DNA of 64,000 nt, taken from NCBI RefSeq assembly GCF_964355755.1, contig NC_092675.1, positions 1,855,812 to 1,919,811 of the forward strand, read 5' to 3'. The notes under the pieces were generated by a model, which saw nothing but the letters and a program-made list of their open reading frames with translations, did no database searches and was not told where the DNA came from. The position numbers and the translations under genes are program-made. The stretch is from Antedon mediterranea (Eukaryota; Animalia; Echinodermata). This document shows positions 53,001-64,000 of this stretch, in pieces. Within the stretch, counting starts at the first letter, position 1. Every line of letters starts with the position of its first letter.

Positions 53001-56000
53001 GCAGCAGACTGCGGCAAATGTAGGTGGTGCACAACCAGTTGTTGCTGCTGACGTTGCAGCTGGGGGTGACAGTAGTGCAGAAGAAACGCAGCAGACTGCG
53101 GCAAATGTAGGTGGTGCACAACCAGTTGTTGCTGCTGACGTTGCAGCTGGTGGTGACAGTAGTGCAGAAGAAACGCAACAGACTGCGGAAAATGTAGGTG
53201 GTGCACAACCAGTTGTTGCAGCTGAAGTTGCAGCTGGGGGTGACAGTAGTGCAGAAGAAACGCAACAGACTGCGGAAAATGTAGGTGGTGCACAACCAGT
53301 TGTTGCTGCTGACGTTGCAGCTGGTGGTGACAGTAGTGCAGAAGAAACGCAACAGACTGCGGAAAATGTAGGTGGTGCACAACCAGTTGTTGAAGGTTCT
53401 GATATGGATGATGGTGACAACAGTGCAGAGCAAACAGATGTTGTAAATCCAACACCGTTAGCAGAAATTAAAACGAATAGTCCAGCAATTGTTCTCGAAC
53501 CAACAACACAATCGGTAGAAACAATCGAAAGTACACCTGAAATTATATCTACGTTACCTGTAAAGACCACTCAAAATGAAGAACCAACCATAGTCGAAAT
53601 AGGTACGGTACAATAGCAAATAATAACATTCTCTTCGTTTAAATTGTAACTCCGTAATTGTATTCTGTATAATCATTTTAACTTTAAAGCTGTATTGTGC
53701 CATGAAACACAAAAAACGAAGGTCAAAATATTCTAAATTTAAATTGGCCATATCAAAGTAATATTAAAGTTATTCACTTTAAGTTGAAATTTCCAGCCAA
53801 AAACAACAAGTTTACGTAATTAACAGGTAAATAAATTTGATTATATTTCGTCTGGAAAATTGTCGCAAGCAAAAGTAAACAAAGATTTGAAACCACGAGT
53901 ACACATTATGCATGATGCTAATTAGGATTGTTTACAACTCGTCACGGTTGAAAAGGTGTTTTCACACAGATCGCGAGGAATTTTTATGATTATGCATACA
54001 GAGTAGGCAAACAAGCGCGTTGCATTATGAGATATGTTTTGATCGAAAAACTTTGTCTGGAAGTCAAAAATTATTTTTTTGAACAAAAAAACGTCTGTAT
54101 TTCAGTTAAATAATTTTTTTTCGAATAATTTTTGGTAAAAGTTAATAACTATTATAATACTTCAAAATGACCCACTTTTTTTCGAAATCTTTTATTGGAA
54201 TTAGTCAAAGGGACAATACATCTTTACAATATTTGTAAAAAATGTATACGGTTACGTACGCATACTGTATTGAAGTGTCTTTAATTGGAGAGGCTTTTAT
54301 TAGAAGGTTTGTGATTTGGAAGATCCTATGATTTTTTTAAAAACCTAAATCATTTTAAAAATACTATTGTATACTTACACATATGTAATGTTTTCTTTGT
54401 TAAGCTGTGAATAGTAAACCTTCTCGAAGTCCGCAAGGTGAGCCATATATTACATTTTATGTACTTAACTTTTAAAGAATGATTTTATAAAACAATGGTT
54501 ATAAGATTAGCCAAGTCATTAATAATAATAATAATAATAATAATGAATCAGTTGATTACTGTAATCCAGCTTTTATATACTATTTAACAATGTTCTACAA
54601 CATGTTTCTATGTCACAATGCTAACGTTTTTAATTACATATCAGAACAATTGAAAAATATTGAATTTTTATTTTTGTTTTAGTGATGCAGCAAACCGTTA
54701 CTACATGCGAATGTTATGGTAACATTGACCGACTCACACTGATTTGTGAATACTTTAGTAATGAAACTGAAGCAAACACGTATGCATAACTTCTTTATTT
54801 AAACATGATATATAGGAAATAGTAATTACATAAACACAGTTATAAACGCCGATGCAAATTAGGGATGATAACAATCTTACATGTTGATTTTATCAAGTTT
54901 CCGGAATTCAATACAAAACCTAAGTGACATTTACACCCACATATTATTTATAATTGAATTATATATTTTCAGTTCATTGGCTTATTGCATTGGTGTGAAT
55001 CCGCTTTAAAAATGTATTATGGATCCTGCCAAAGAATCGAATTTAAACAAAATGTGCCATTGCGAATATTTTAAATTGAGAATATTGTAATTAATTGTAT
55101 TTCGTATTCATGGAATAGTTTCATTGGATACTCAGTTATTTGTTATACGACTTAAGCTCTGTCTACACTATCAAACTTTAGGTCTATGTAATATATGATA
55201 TGCCCATATATGGACATGATGATCATGATCATAGCACTACCATATTTAAACATATCGCTACCATATTTGGGCACATCACAAACTAGCCCTGATTTATCAT
55301 TTATCATTACTAATGGTTCGGAATCTTTTTTCATTGAAATCGATGCACAACCCAAAAACATAATCCTTGGAGTAGTATATCGTTTGCCTGAATTATCCAT
55401 TAACACATTTAATAAAGATATCTCTAATTTAATTGACACCATTAATAATGAGAAAAAAACAGCATATATTTCAGGAGACTTTAATATTAACTTGTTAAAT
55501 TCCAAAACACATAAAGGTACTTCTGATTTTGTTAATACTTTATTTCAATCAAATTATTATCCTCTTATTACTAGGCCAACTAGAATTACGCGTAATTCTG
55601 CAACTTTAATCGACAATATTTTTTGTAATAATCTATATGATAACATTTCTTCCGGAATTCTATATTCGGACATCTCGGATCACTTTCCTGTTTTCTTGTT
55701 AGTACATAAATCAGAACCTCTCCAACACCTGAAACCTAAATCAAAATATATATACATAAAAAAAGTCAATGATATTTCAATTTCTGCCTTAAGTAATGAT
55801 TTGTCAAATGTTGACTGGACTAGTATGTATAACTCCAATGAACCCAATGAGGCATACGCTTTATTCAACGACATATTTAGTACATTATATAATAACAACA
55901 TTAAAACCACTCGTTCCAGACGCAATATTCGGAAAGAAAAAAAACCTTGGATAACTAAATGCTTAATTAAATCTATCGACAAAAAACACAAATTATATAA

Positions 56001-59000
56001 AACATTTCTTATATCTAAAAAGCAAAAGGACAAAGATAAATATGTTAAATATCGAAATGTACTTACCAAAATCCTTCGTACTGCCCAAAAGAATTACTTC
56101 AGTGACAAATTTGAATTCCATAAAAATAACATCCAAAAAACCTGGCAAACAATAAATGGAGTCCTTGGCAAGAAATCTCGTAAACCGTTTCCTTCTCACT
56201 TTATTAACAATGACATTGAATTAAATAATCCTCAACAAATTGCAACTGAATTCAATAATTATTTTACTAGTATAGGGCCAAATTTAGTTAACAAAATACA
56301 TGTGTCGGATAATGATAATTATACTTCTACCCTACCTCGTCCATGTGTGCACTCTCTCTTTCTTAGTCCTGTAACCGAACATGAAGTTGTCAGTATAATA
56401 CTTTCCCTCAAAGATAATAAATCTCCTGGGTTTGATGGGTTTTCCAATAAAATTATTAAACGTGTTTCTAATTTTATATGCAAACCCTTAACTCACATTT
56501 TTAATACTTCTTTTCAAACCGGTATTTTTCCTGATTCTTTTAAAATAGCTAAAGTCATCCCTATCTACAAGAAAGAAGATCCTCATCATTTCAATAACTA
56601 CAGACCAATCTCCCTACTTCCTTGTTTCTCAAAATTAATTGAAAAAATAATGCATAATCGAATTTCTTCCTTTTTAACTAAACATAACATTTTATTTAAA
56701 GGCCAATATGGTTTCAGGAAAAAGTATTCAACAGATCTTGCTTTATTAGATATTTTTGACAAAATTACAATTGCCCTGAGTAAAAATGAGTTTTCTGTTG
56801 GCATTTTCCTTGATTTATCTAAGGCCTTCGATACTATTAACCACGATATTTTAATTCATAAACTTTCAAATTACGGTATCAGAGGCCTTCCTTTAAAACT
56901 AATTAAAAGCTACCTTTCCAATCGTGTTCAGTTTACTTCCTTAAATAATTTTAACTCTTCCTATTCCCGTTTAACCTGTGGTGTTCCCCAAGGATCGATT
57001 CTTGGACCACTCTTATTCCTGATTTTTGTTAACGATATACCAAACAGCTCTAAATTACTAAATTTTATCTTATTTGCTGACGACACAAATATTTTTTTCT
57101 CTCATCCTAAATTAAATACCTTGTTTAAAATTGTCAATGATGAGCTACTTAAAGTTTCAAATTGGCTCAAACACAATAAATTAACTCTTAATACATTCAA
57201 AACGAACTATATAATATTTTCTAAACGTAAAATTTCAAATTCTTTAAATGAACAAATATACATTGATAATAAAATGATCAAACGAGTTAATGAAACCCAA
57301 TTTTTAGGAGTAACCATAGATGCCTCTCTGACTTGGAAACTACATATAAATAAAATCAGTAATCTAGTTTCTAGAAATGTTGGAATATTGAACAAATTAA
57401 AACATATCTTCCCTCAAAAAACCTTATTAACCCTTTATAATACTTTAGTTTTGCCTTACCTTTCTTATGCCAATTTATGTTGGGCAATTACTCTAGATAA
57501 ATTTAATACGTTATGCCCCTGGACAAGTCTAGAGAAAACTCAAATTGACCGCCTTTTTAAACTACAAAAACGTGCACTTCGGATTTGCGCGGGAGAATCA
57601 TTTAGAGCCCATACAAAATTACTTTTTAAAAGATTTAACGTTTTAAACATTTATGATTTAAATAAATTACAAGTTGCCTCATTTATGTACCGTTTATCTA
57701 ACAATTTACTGCCTTCACATTTTAATGCTTTATTTACAAGAATTGACGAACGCCATTCCTATAAAACCCGATCCTCTGTTAACAATTATATCCTTGATAA
57801 TTTAAATGTTAAGGCTCGACGATTTTCTATGTATTATTTTGGTCCCAAACTTTGGACTTCACTCTCAAATGAACTTAAACAGAAATCTTCCTTTTCTAGT
57901 TTTAAATCTAATTTCAAACACAAAATGGTGTCAGAATATGCTACATAAATTTTCGCCGATCTTTTATCCTTATTTATTTGGTGGTGATACATGGCATTAA
58001 ATCCTTCACCCTGGTATTCAATAATCTCCGCTACATTGTATCGTTATACTTGTTATTATACCATATTTAATTATATTTCATATTGTACTCTAATTGTTAT
58101 CATTATCCCTTTTATCATATATTATATAATTGCCTGGTTTATCTTAACTTCTATAATTTAAATTTTTTTTTATTTCTTTATTTTATGTACTTTCACTATT
58201 ATATATTTATATTTTAGTCTACTCTGTAGCAATGTTAGTATACTTAGGCATACGGGAGTCACGACTTAAAGTTCAGTGAACTTACTGTGACTTCCATCCA
58301 CCCACATTTAATATATGTTATGTTATGTAAATGTAAATGATATATATATATATATATATATATATAAGTGAGTGGAAAAAATAAATAAACGAAACGAAAC
58401 GAATAGTGTAGACAGACATAAAGGCCTGTTTTCAACTATGAGAATTTGTTTATAAATATAGAAAGCATCAGTTTATACGCATGCGTATTCATACTTTCAT
58501 CCTCAACGAATTCTAGTTTCTTGAGGCTTTCGCTTCATGCTCCAATTCAATTACAAGCGCAACGCAACTGATTTGACCAATCGCAAGCGACAGTTCAGGT
58601 GATCCTTCGCTTGCGATTGGTCAACTCATTTGCGTTACAATTACGTCCTTTGCGTTGCATCCAAGTAGGAACCAAACTTTAACATGAACATGTTGTGCAG
58701 TAAATATTTAATTCTCATTTTAGTGTTTTCAAAGCTGAGTCATCAAATCCTGATCTTGCGTTTTGCTGCGAAGAAGAATCATTTCCTGCAATTGCCCGCT
58801 TAAGATGTCTTCAAGATAGAAACGATCCTATTCCAGGTAGGATTGGATTAACCTACAACTTGTAAACAAGTGGGACGTGTGCAACTATGTTTTTTACATG
58901 ATGCACTCAATACAATAACATAAATGTGTTTCATTAATCATCGAATAGAGAAAATACATATGCGTTTTAAAGTTTGCTTTCAAAATCAATGGTTATTTTT

Positions 59001-62000
59001 CCTGGATTTTTGGTAGGAAATAGAGGATTATAGTTATGTTACCCATCGGATATTATTAAACTATAAATACAGTAATTTAAACAGAAGCTAACTGTCTTGC
59101 GGTAATACAATGCATAAAACATATTTCCTCGTGATATCCTGCATTATGAGAAGTAGGCTTATAACACTTTTCCTGATATTGTTAGCCTATGTGGGAATTT
59201 CCTGATGTTCATGATAGAACATAGTCTGTTAATTGTTTTCGGGAATTTCATGGTTTCTTGATTTTACTGTTTCGTTTTTGTTCTCTGTGTATGTAGGTCA
59301 TTTATTTGACTGTCTTAATAGAAAATGAATTTAATTTCAACCTAAAATATGTAATATGTATTTACAGTTTCTACTCCGACTCCAGCAATTATTCAAAACG
59401 ACACTCCATTTACATGTACTTGTTCAGGACAGATTAAGGGCGGCATCGTGTAAGTTTCTAATACATACATTGAAATGATAAAAACAATGAGGGAAACAAT
59501 CATAATGATATTTTTTTTAAATGAAATCTTCTAACGCTTAACTTGGAACCAACAAATTGATTTTATTTTGCTCTAAGTTTAACGTTTGAAGATTTTATTT
59601 TTCATTCGAAAAAAATATGTAGACCTATTTTTACGGTTAGGTGGTAAATTATACAAGTAGCCGTACATAATATATTTATACTGATGGTCACTGATGGCCA
59701 GTTGATTCGCTCGCCACATGGCCGGTGTTCACTAAAACAAAATACGGTCAGTCGAAAATAACAACGCTTTGACATTTTTACTTTGCGTGTGATTGACAAT
59801 GTATTGCCTTTTCATGTCCTCAAATTTACCCCAATCATTGTGGTGGCCTTTTCGATCGATTTGCACCTAATAAAAAGAATGACTGGCTTGAATATCTTAA
59901 TATTTCCAATGTCTGATGGCACGTACACTTGTGGAATATGCAATTCATCGGAATTTGTTTATAATATAATAGTGTTAATTCATTAATTTCTCTTTATTTC
60001 GGACTTCATAACCATAGCATAAACATGCCGACATAATACACAAAAGCTACTCAACAATCTCGACAACAAACCGTTTACATTTAGATAATTCCATTTTAAA
60101 GTTTCAAATCAACTAATTATACAAACCAGCAATAATTTTAATATCAACAATTATATACTTTTTTTGAGGTACAAATATTAATTGTGTCTATCTCTGATAT
60201 AAAGGCAAATAAAAAAAAAACTTGTTTTGACATTTTTAAAAATAGGGCTTTACCATTATTTGTTATAGATCTTTTAAATGCGATTTCAAGTCTCTTGGAA
60301 CAGATTCCACGTAAGTACAAATTGTAGGGTAAATTATTTCAGTTATTTAATATTTTATTAAGAATTTATAACTTTTTAATTTATTGTATTTACTTTACCT
60401 CTATAATGTGGTATTGTATTGTAAGCCATATATCCCATAATTATAATTTGCATATCTAAACATTATAGTCAAGTATACGCACCTTCATGTCGGAGTGTTA
60501 GCTAAGAGTTAGCTGTTTTCCTCTTTTGTTTTTTCCTCTTTTGTGGCGTAAACACCAATTTTATTTCATTTTCAAATATTTTAAAGGGAGTACTCGGTAA
60601 CTTCTGAAAACACAGTCATCATTGACTGCTGTAACCCAAGCGAAGGAAAATACAACTATGCAGAAACATTGCAGTGCCTAAAGAATGAAGACCCACAAGC
60701 AGGTTTGATGTTATTAAGCTTAAGCTCTGTTTACACTACTTTTACAAAAAGTAGGATGTGCCCAAATATGGAGTAATATGATACCATCATGTCCATATAT
60801 ATCACATTTTGTTGTCACATACAGTTTGATAGTGTAGACAAGACATTAATCTTACATTTCAATCGCCAAGCCTTTCTTCCAAACCAAAGTACGTTGTCCA
60901 TAGTGACTTACTAGGCCTACTTACCTCACCCAGCCTAAATATATTCGTAACACAAGTACAATCCATTTCCAATGCCATTTTCTGACTTTTTCACTTATCA
61001 CATTAATTTCTTTAATATATCAATATAAAGTGGCTCAAAGACACTGATCCCGTGATATATTGTAAGCTCCCTGATTTCCTTTTGATTGTCATACGATGAC
61101 GTTGGTAATGCGTATACTTTTTAATTTTGTGTGTAGGTGAAATACAAGAACTACCTACAAATTCACCGTATGCATGTGGTTGTTCCTACGACTACCGACA
61201 AGGCCAAAGGTAAGTTTTAAATGACTTTTTTAATTTGTTACAATATATATGTTTCATCCTAATGATAGATTATTGTCAACGTAATAGCAAATAATGGTAA
61301 AGGATAGAATGTTAATATTCTATTCATCATGTTTAAACAAATTATAGTATTAAATACAGTTAGAATAGGAACATTAATAATAGTTTATATTTATAATATC
61401 TATATTTTGATTATTAAAACCTTGTTCTTTGCAGATTTTACAAATGTAGTTTTAAAGGCGAATTCAAGCATGACGGGAAAAATCTTTTGTAAGTTTATTT
61501 ATAAATGCAGCTAAATATAGAATCTTACATCCAATCATAATTGGCAACATAATATTTGTGTTTGTTTTCTTTAGAGAATTCGATGTTACAACACGAGATT
61601 CAGCCGTGCAAGTTTGCTGTAGCCATGAGAAGAACTTCAAAGAATCTGTAGAATGTCTGAGAAAGGTGCAAAACGAGACAGGTAAAAAAATCGCTTATGT
61701 TTTGGTAATCAATGTTAGTAGGAACAACTTCGTATCTACCCTCTTCGGTTCTCGTGGTCCATAAGGCTGCAGTGGCAATTTTCCAGTTGGTTCTATCATA
61801 GGAACAAGTATAATTAGACTAAATACAGTATTATGTTATTTTTATGTCAGAGAAGAAATGTGTATGTTCAATATACCTGTTTACTAACTTTGTTGCAGTT
61901 AGGTTTCTGTAATACCTTTGCTGTATTTGTTGTTGTTTCAGATTATGAAGACTCATTGGTTTCAACTGGCGATCGTGGTAAGTGACATCGTTAGTAATGT

Positions 62001-64000
62001 CAAAAGTTCCTTTGACAACGAATTGCTCATTTACTATACACATTAAGTGATTAAAATGCACCGCAAGACTAACCATTATCTGAAAACCTAAATAAGAATA
62101 TTTGTATAAATATTTACATGACCAACACATTATTCCATAGGTGATATTCCACAGTCTCCAAACAATTTTATCGATCAATACGTTTGTGACTGCACGCCAA
62201 AGCAGCTTCTTAACGGGTAAAAATCAACGTTTTCATAATTATTAGTACAGTTTGTTTAAGGTTTAGTTCTACTCACAATTCATACAATAACAGTATAAAG
62301 TTATAACGAATTACTGAATTGGTAACAGAATATTTATTCAAATTCAGCATCAAGTCATTTGGTAAATAAGCTTCCAAAGAATAATACGCAATTATTGTCA
62401 ACTTTAAGTGATCTAGATTTTCTTCTATTTCGGATCAATATTTCTGTAATATCGGTCAGTTCCAAACTATGGTCTTTCATTATGTTGTTCTGGGTTTTCC
62501 ATTCAAGATGAAACGTCTCATATTATGTTTGCGAATAAAGAATAGATAGGCCTAAATATAAACTATATACTCTTCTTGTTTATTTCTAGGGAGACTTACT
62601 ACGAATGTGTTTTTCAGAGTGATTTTGGAACGTCTAAATAGTAAGTTTGATTAATATAACCTTTGTGTACAACAACGGTGATACTGATTCCTACATCTGC
62701 TATCCAAATAAGTTGTTAAAATTCATAATGATTTAATTCATAATATGTATTTAGATTATAAGTCAAAAAAAGAATTCCGGTTTAATTCTCGCTTAGGAAT
62801 GTGAACAAAAACATCATGATATGTCGCATTGTGTTGAATTATCCGTCGCAATCAAAAGCAAGAAAATGGAAACGTTAATGTTAGCACAAACGTATATCAT
62901 GGCGTTGATACACTAATTAAACACGTAATTAGAATGGTATGTATTATATTTCAATTTTATATCTACTTGATTTCACTTTTAACTTTTTTTAAACATTAGT
63001 AATTTTACCAAAACATCAGCATCGAGTGATATCGTGTTGTGTTGCAGTACTATAGTTTATACGGAACAAGAGGTTATTGATCGAGTCAAATGCTTGACGG
63101 AAAAGGAAGATTTTACTCCTTCAGGTATTAATTAATGGTATTTTGATTATTGCAACGAAATAATTATGTAACAATATTATATTACTGTATAATTAATGAC
63201 ATTATTGCCAAAATCAACAGTAATATGATTGTTAAGGTTTTGATAGGTATTTTGTTGATATGGTTACCAAAAGTACAGTAGAACGTCTTCGGAATCCAAA
63301 ATGGTGTCTCCTTCATAAATTCCTCGATTCTTCACGTGAATTGGGTTCATCTTTACTGTTTAACATTGTCCTCGTTCCTTTCACAGGAATGTTTCTCCTT
63401 AAAAGTGGTGTCCCAAAGTATGGGTTATATTGTATATTATAATATACCAAAAGAAACACTACAAATGTTATTATAAGTAATGATATTCAGGTAACGACAT
63501 AAACATAATGATCGATTTGTTTGACAACTTTAACCTTTTCATAGGATCACCAAACACATTCGATTTTGTCGATGTAGATCCGAATGAGATTGACACTGCT
63601 GGAACTGGCCATTCTGTATCACCAAGTAGTAGTTCGCTGGGACCCAGTGGATCCAGTAATTCGTCACAAACTGGATCTATGTCAGAAACAGTAGGTGGAT
63701 CGCCTATCATTTCTCCACCAGGAACAAGTGGCGTATCTGGATCAGGTAATTCATCTGGATCAGGTGCATCTGGAAGTGGTTCTTCATCGGAATCAGGTGT
63801 ATCTGGAAGTGGTTCTTCATCTGGACCAGGAAGCGGAACGTCGTCAGGAACTTCTGGTAGTTCAATGGGAACGGGAATGTCAGGGGCGGGTTTTGTTACT
63901 GGAGGAACTTCATCTGGAAATGTGTCTGCTTCAGGGAGTTCCATGGGATCAGGAGGAAATGCAGCAGGTGGTAGTGGAGTTTCAGGATCCAGTGGTGCAT
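50036..64000 (+). CDS. Large secreted protein (3' incomplete): signal, Q/R-rich, 12 x 29-aa acidic repeats, 4 x 6-Cys domains, Gly/Ser-rich region
   Basis: Exons 50036-50156, 52073-53602, 54405-54437, 54683-54779, 58724-58836, 59368-59449, 60269-60310, 60587-60702, 61137-61209, 61435-61488, 61575-61681, 61942-61977, 62141-62216, 62590-62640, 63000-63124, 63545->64000 join in one open frame. Signal MRALFYITLLALPLIFA then RNRR. Confidence 0.8.
51121..51658 (-). repeat. ~80-bp minisatellite (~7 units) with Pol III B-box-like motif
   Basis: Units start near 51121, 51201, 51281, 51361, 51438, 51518, 51596; minus strand carries GGGTTCGAATCC or close variants. Confidence 0.9.
52357..53393 (+). repeat. 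Coding 87-bp (29-aa) tandem repeat, ~12 copies
   Basis: VAAGGDSSAEETQQTAANVGGAQPVVAAD units. Confidence 0.95.
55155..55286. mobile_element. Left part of a MITE family A copy split by the LINE (right TIR at 58403-58419)
   Basis: agctctgtctacactatcaaact...cacatcacaaactag, then the LINE, then atagtgtagacagac. Confidence 0.85.
55287..58402 (+). mobile_element. 5'-truncated LINE (CR1/L2/Crack/Daphne group) with uninterrupted EN-part + RT ORF
   Basis: ORF to 57948: GVVYR, GDFN, TLIDNIF, SDHFPV (APE); NYRPISLL, QYGFR, FLDLSKAFD, GVPQGSILGP, FADD (RT); 3' UTR stem-loop; tail (AAAT)/(GAAAC)n. Confidence 0.95.

Noticed and set aside
52141-53570. Long minus-strand ORFs (430, 420, 373 aa)
   Set aside because: Antisense shadows of the 87-bp coding repeat; the plus frame has splice sites and a signal peptide.
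63471-63944. 157-aa Pro/Asp/Glu-rich minus ORF
   Set aside because: Antisense of the plus-strand Gly/Ser exon starting at acceptor 63545.

Overview
AT-rich, intron-rich genomic DNA from a non-vertebrate animal. An invertebrate deuterostome, plausibly an echinoderm, is inferred from a gustatory-receptor-like gene next to GCKR and FAM187A-like genes plus Deu-domain-like SINEs. Manual splicing (GT..AG, frame-checked) gives seven genes: a secreted PAN+fibrinogen-C protein (1552-4525,+); a NIPA-like transporter (7456-16134,+); a gustatory-receptor-like 7TM channel (20458-18047,-); glucokinase regulatory protein (24320-35104,+); a single-Ig membrane protein (39576-37730,-) head-to-head with a FAM187A-like protein carrying a very large charged prodomain (39973-47331,+); and an incomplete secreted protein with 12 acidic 29-aa repeats, four copies of an unrecognised 6-Cys domain and a Gly/Ser tail (50036->64000,+). 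Repeats include a Penelope-like remnant with tandem hammerhead ribozymes, another intronic minimal hammerhead, three LINEs (one near-intact and inserted inside a MITE), about 15 copies of one MITE, SINEs and minisatellites. There is no prokaryotic content or CRISPR. All family calls are by motif recognition, not database search.
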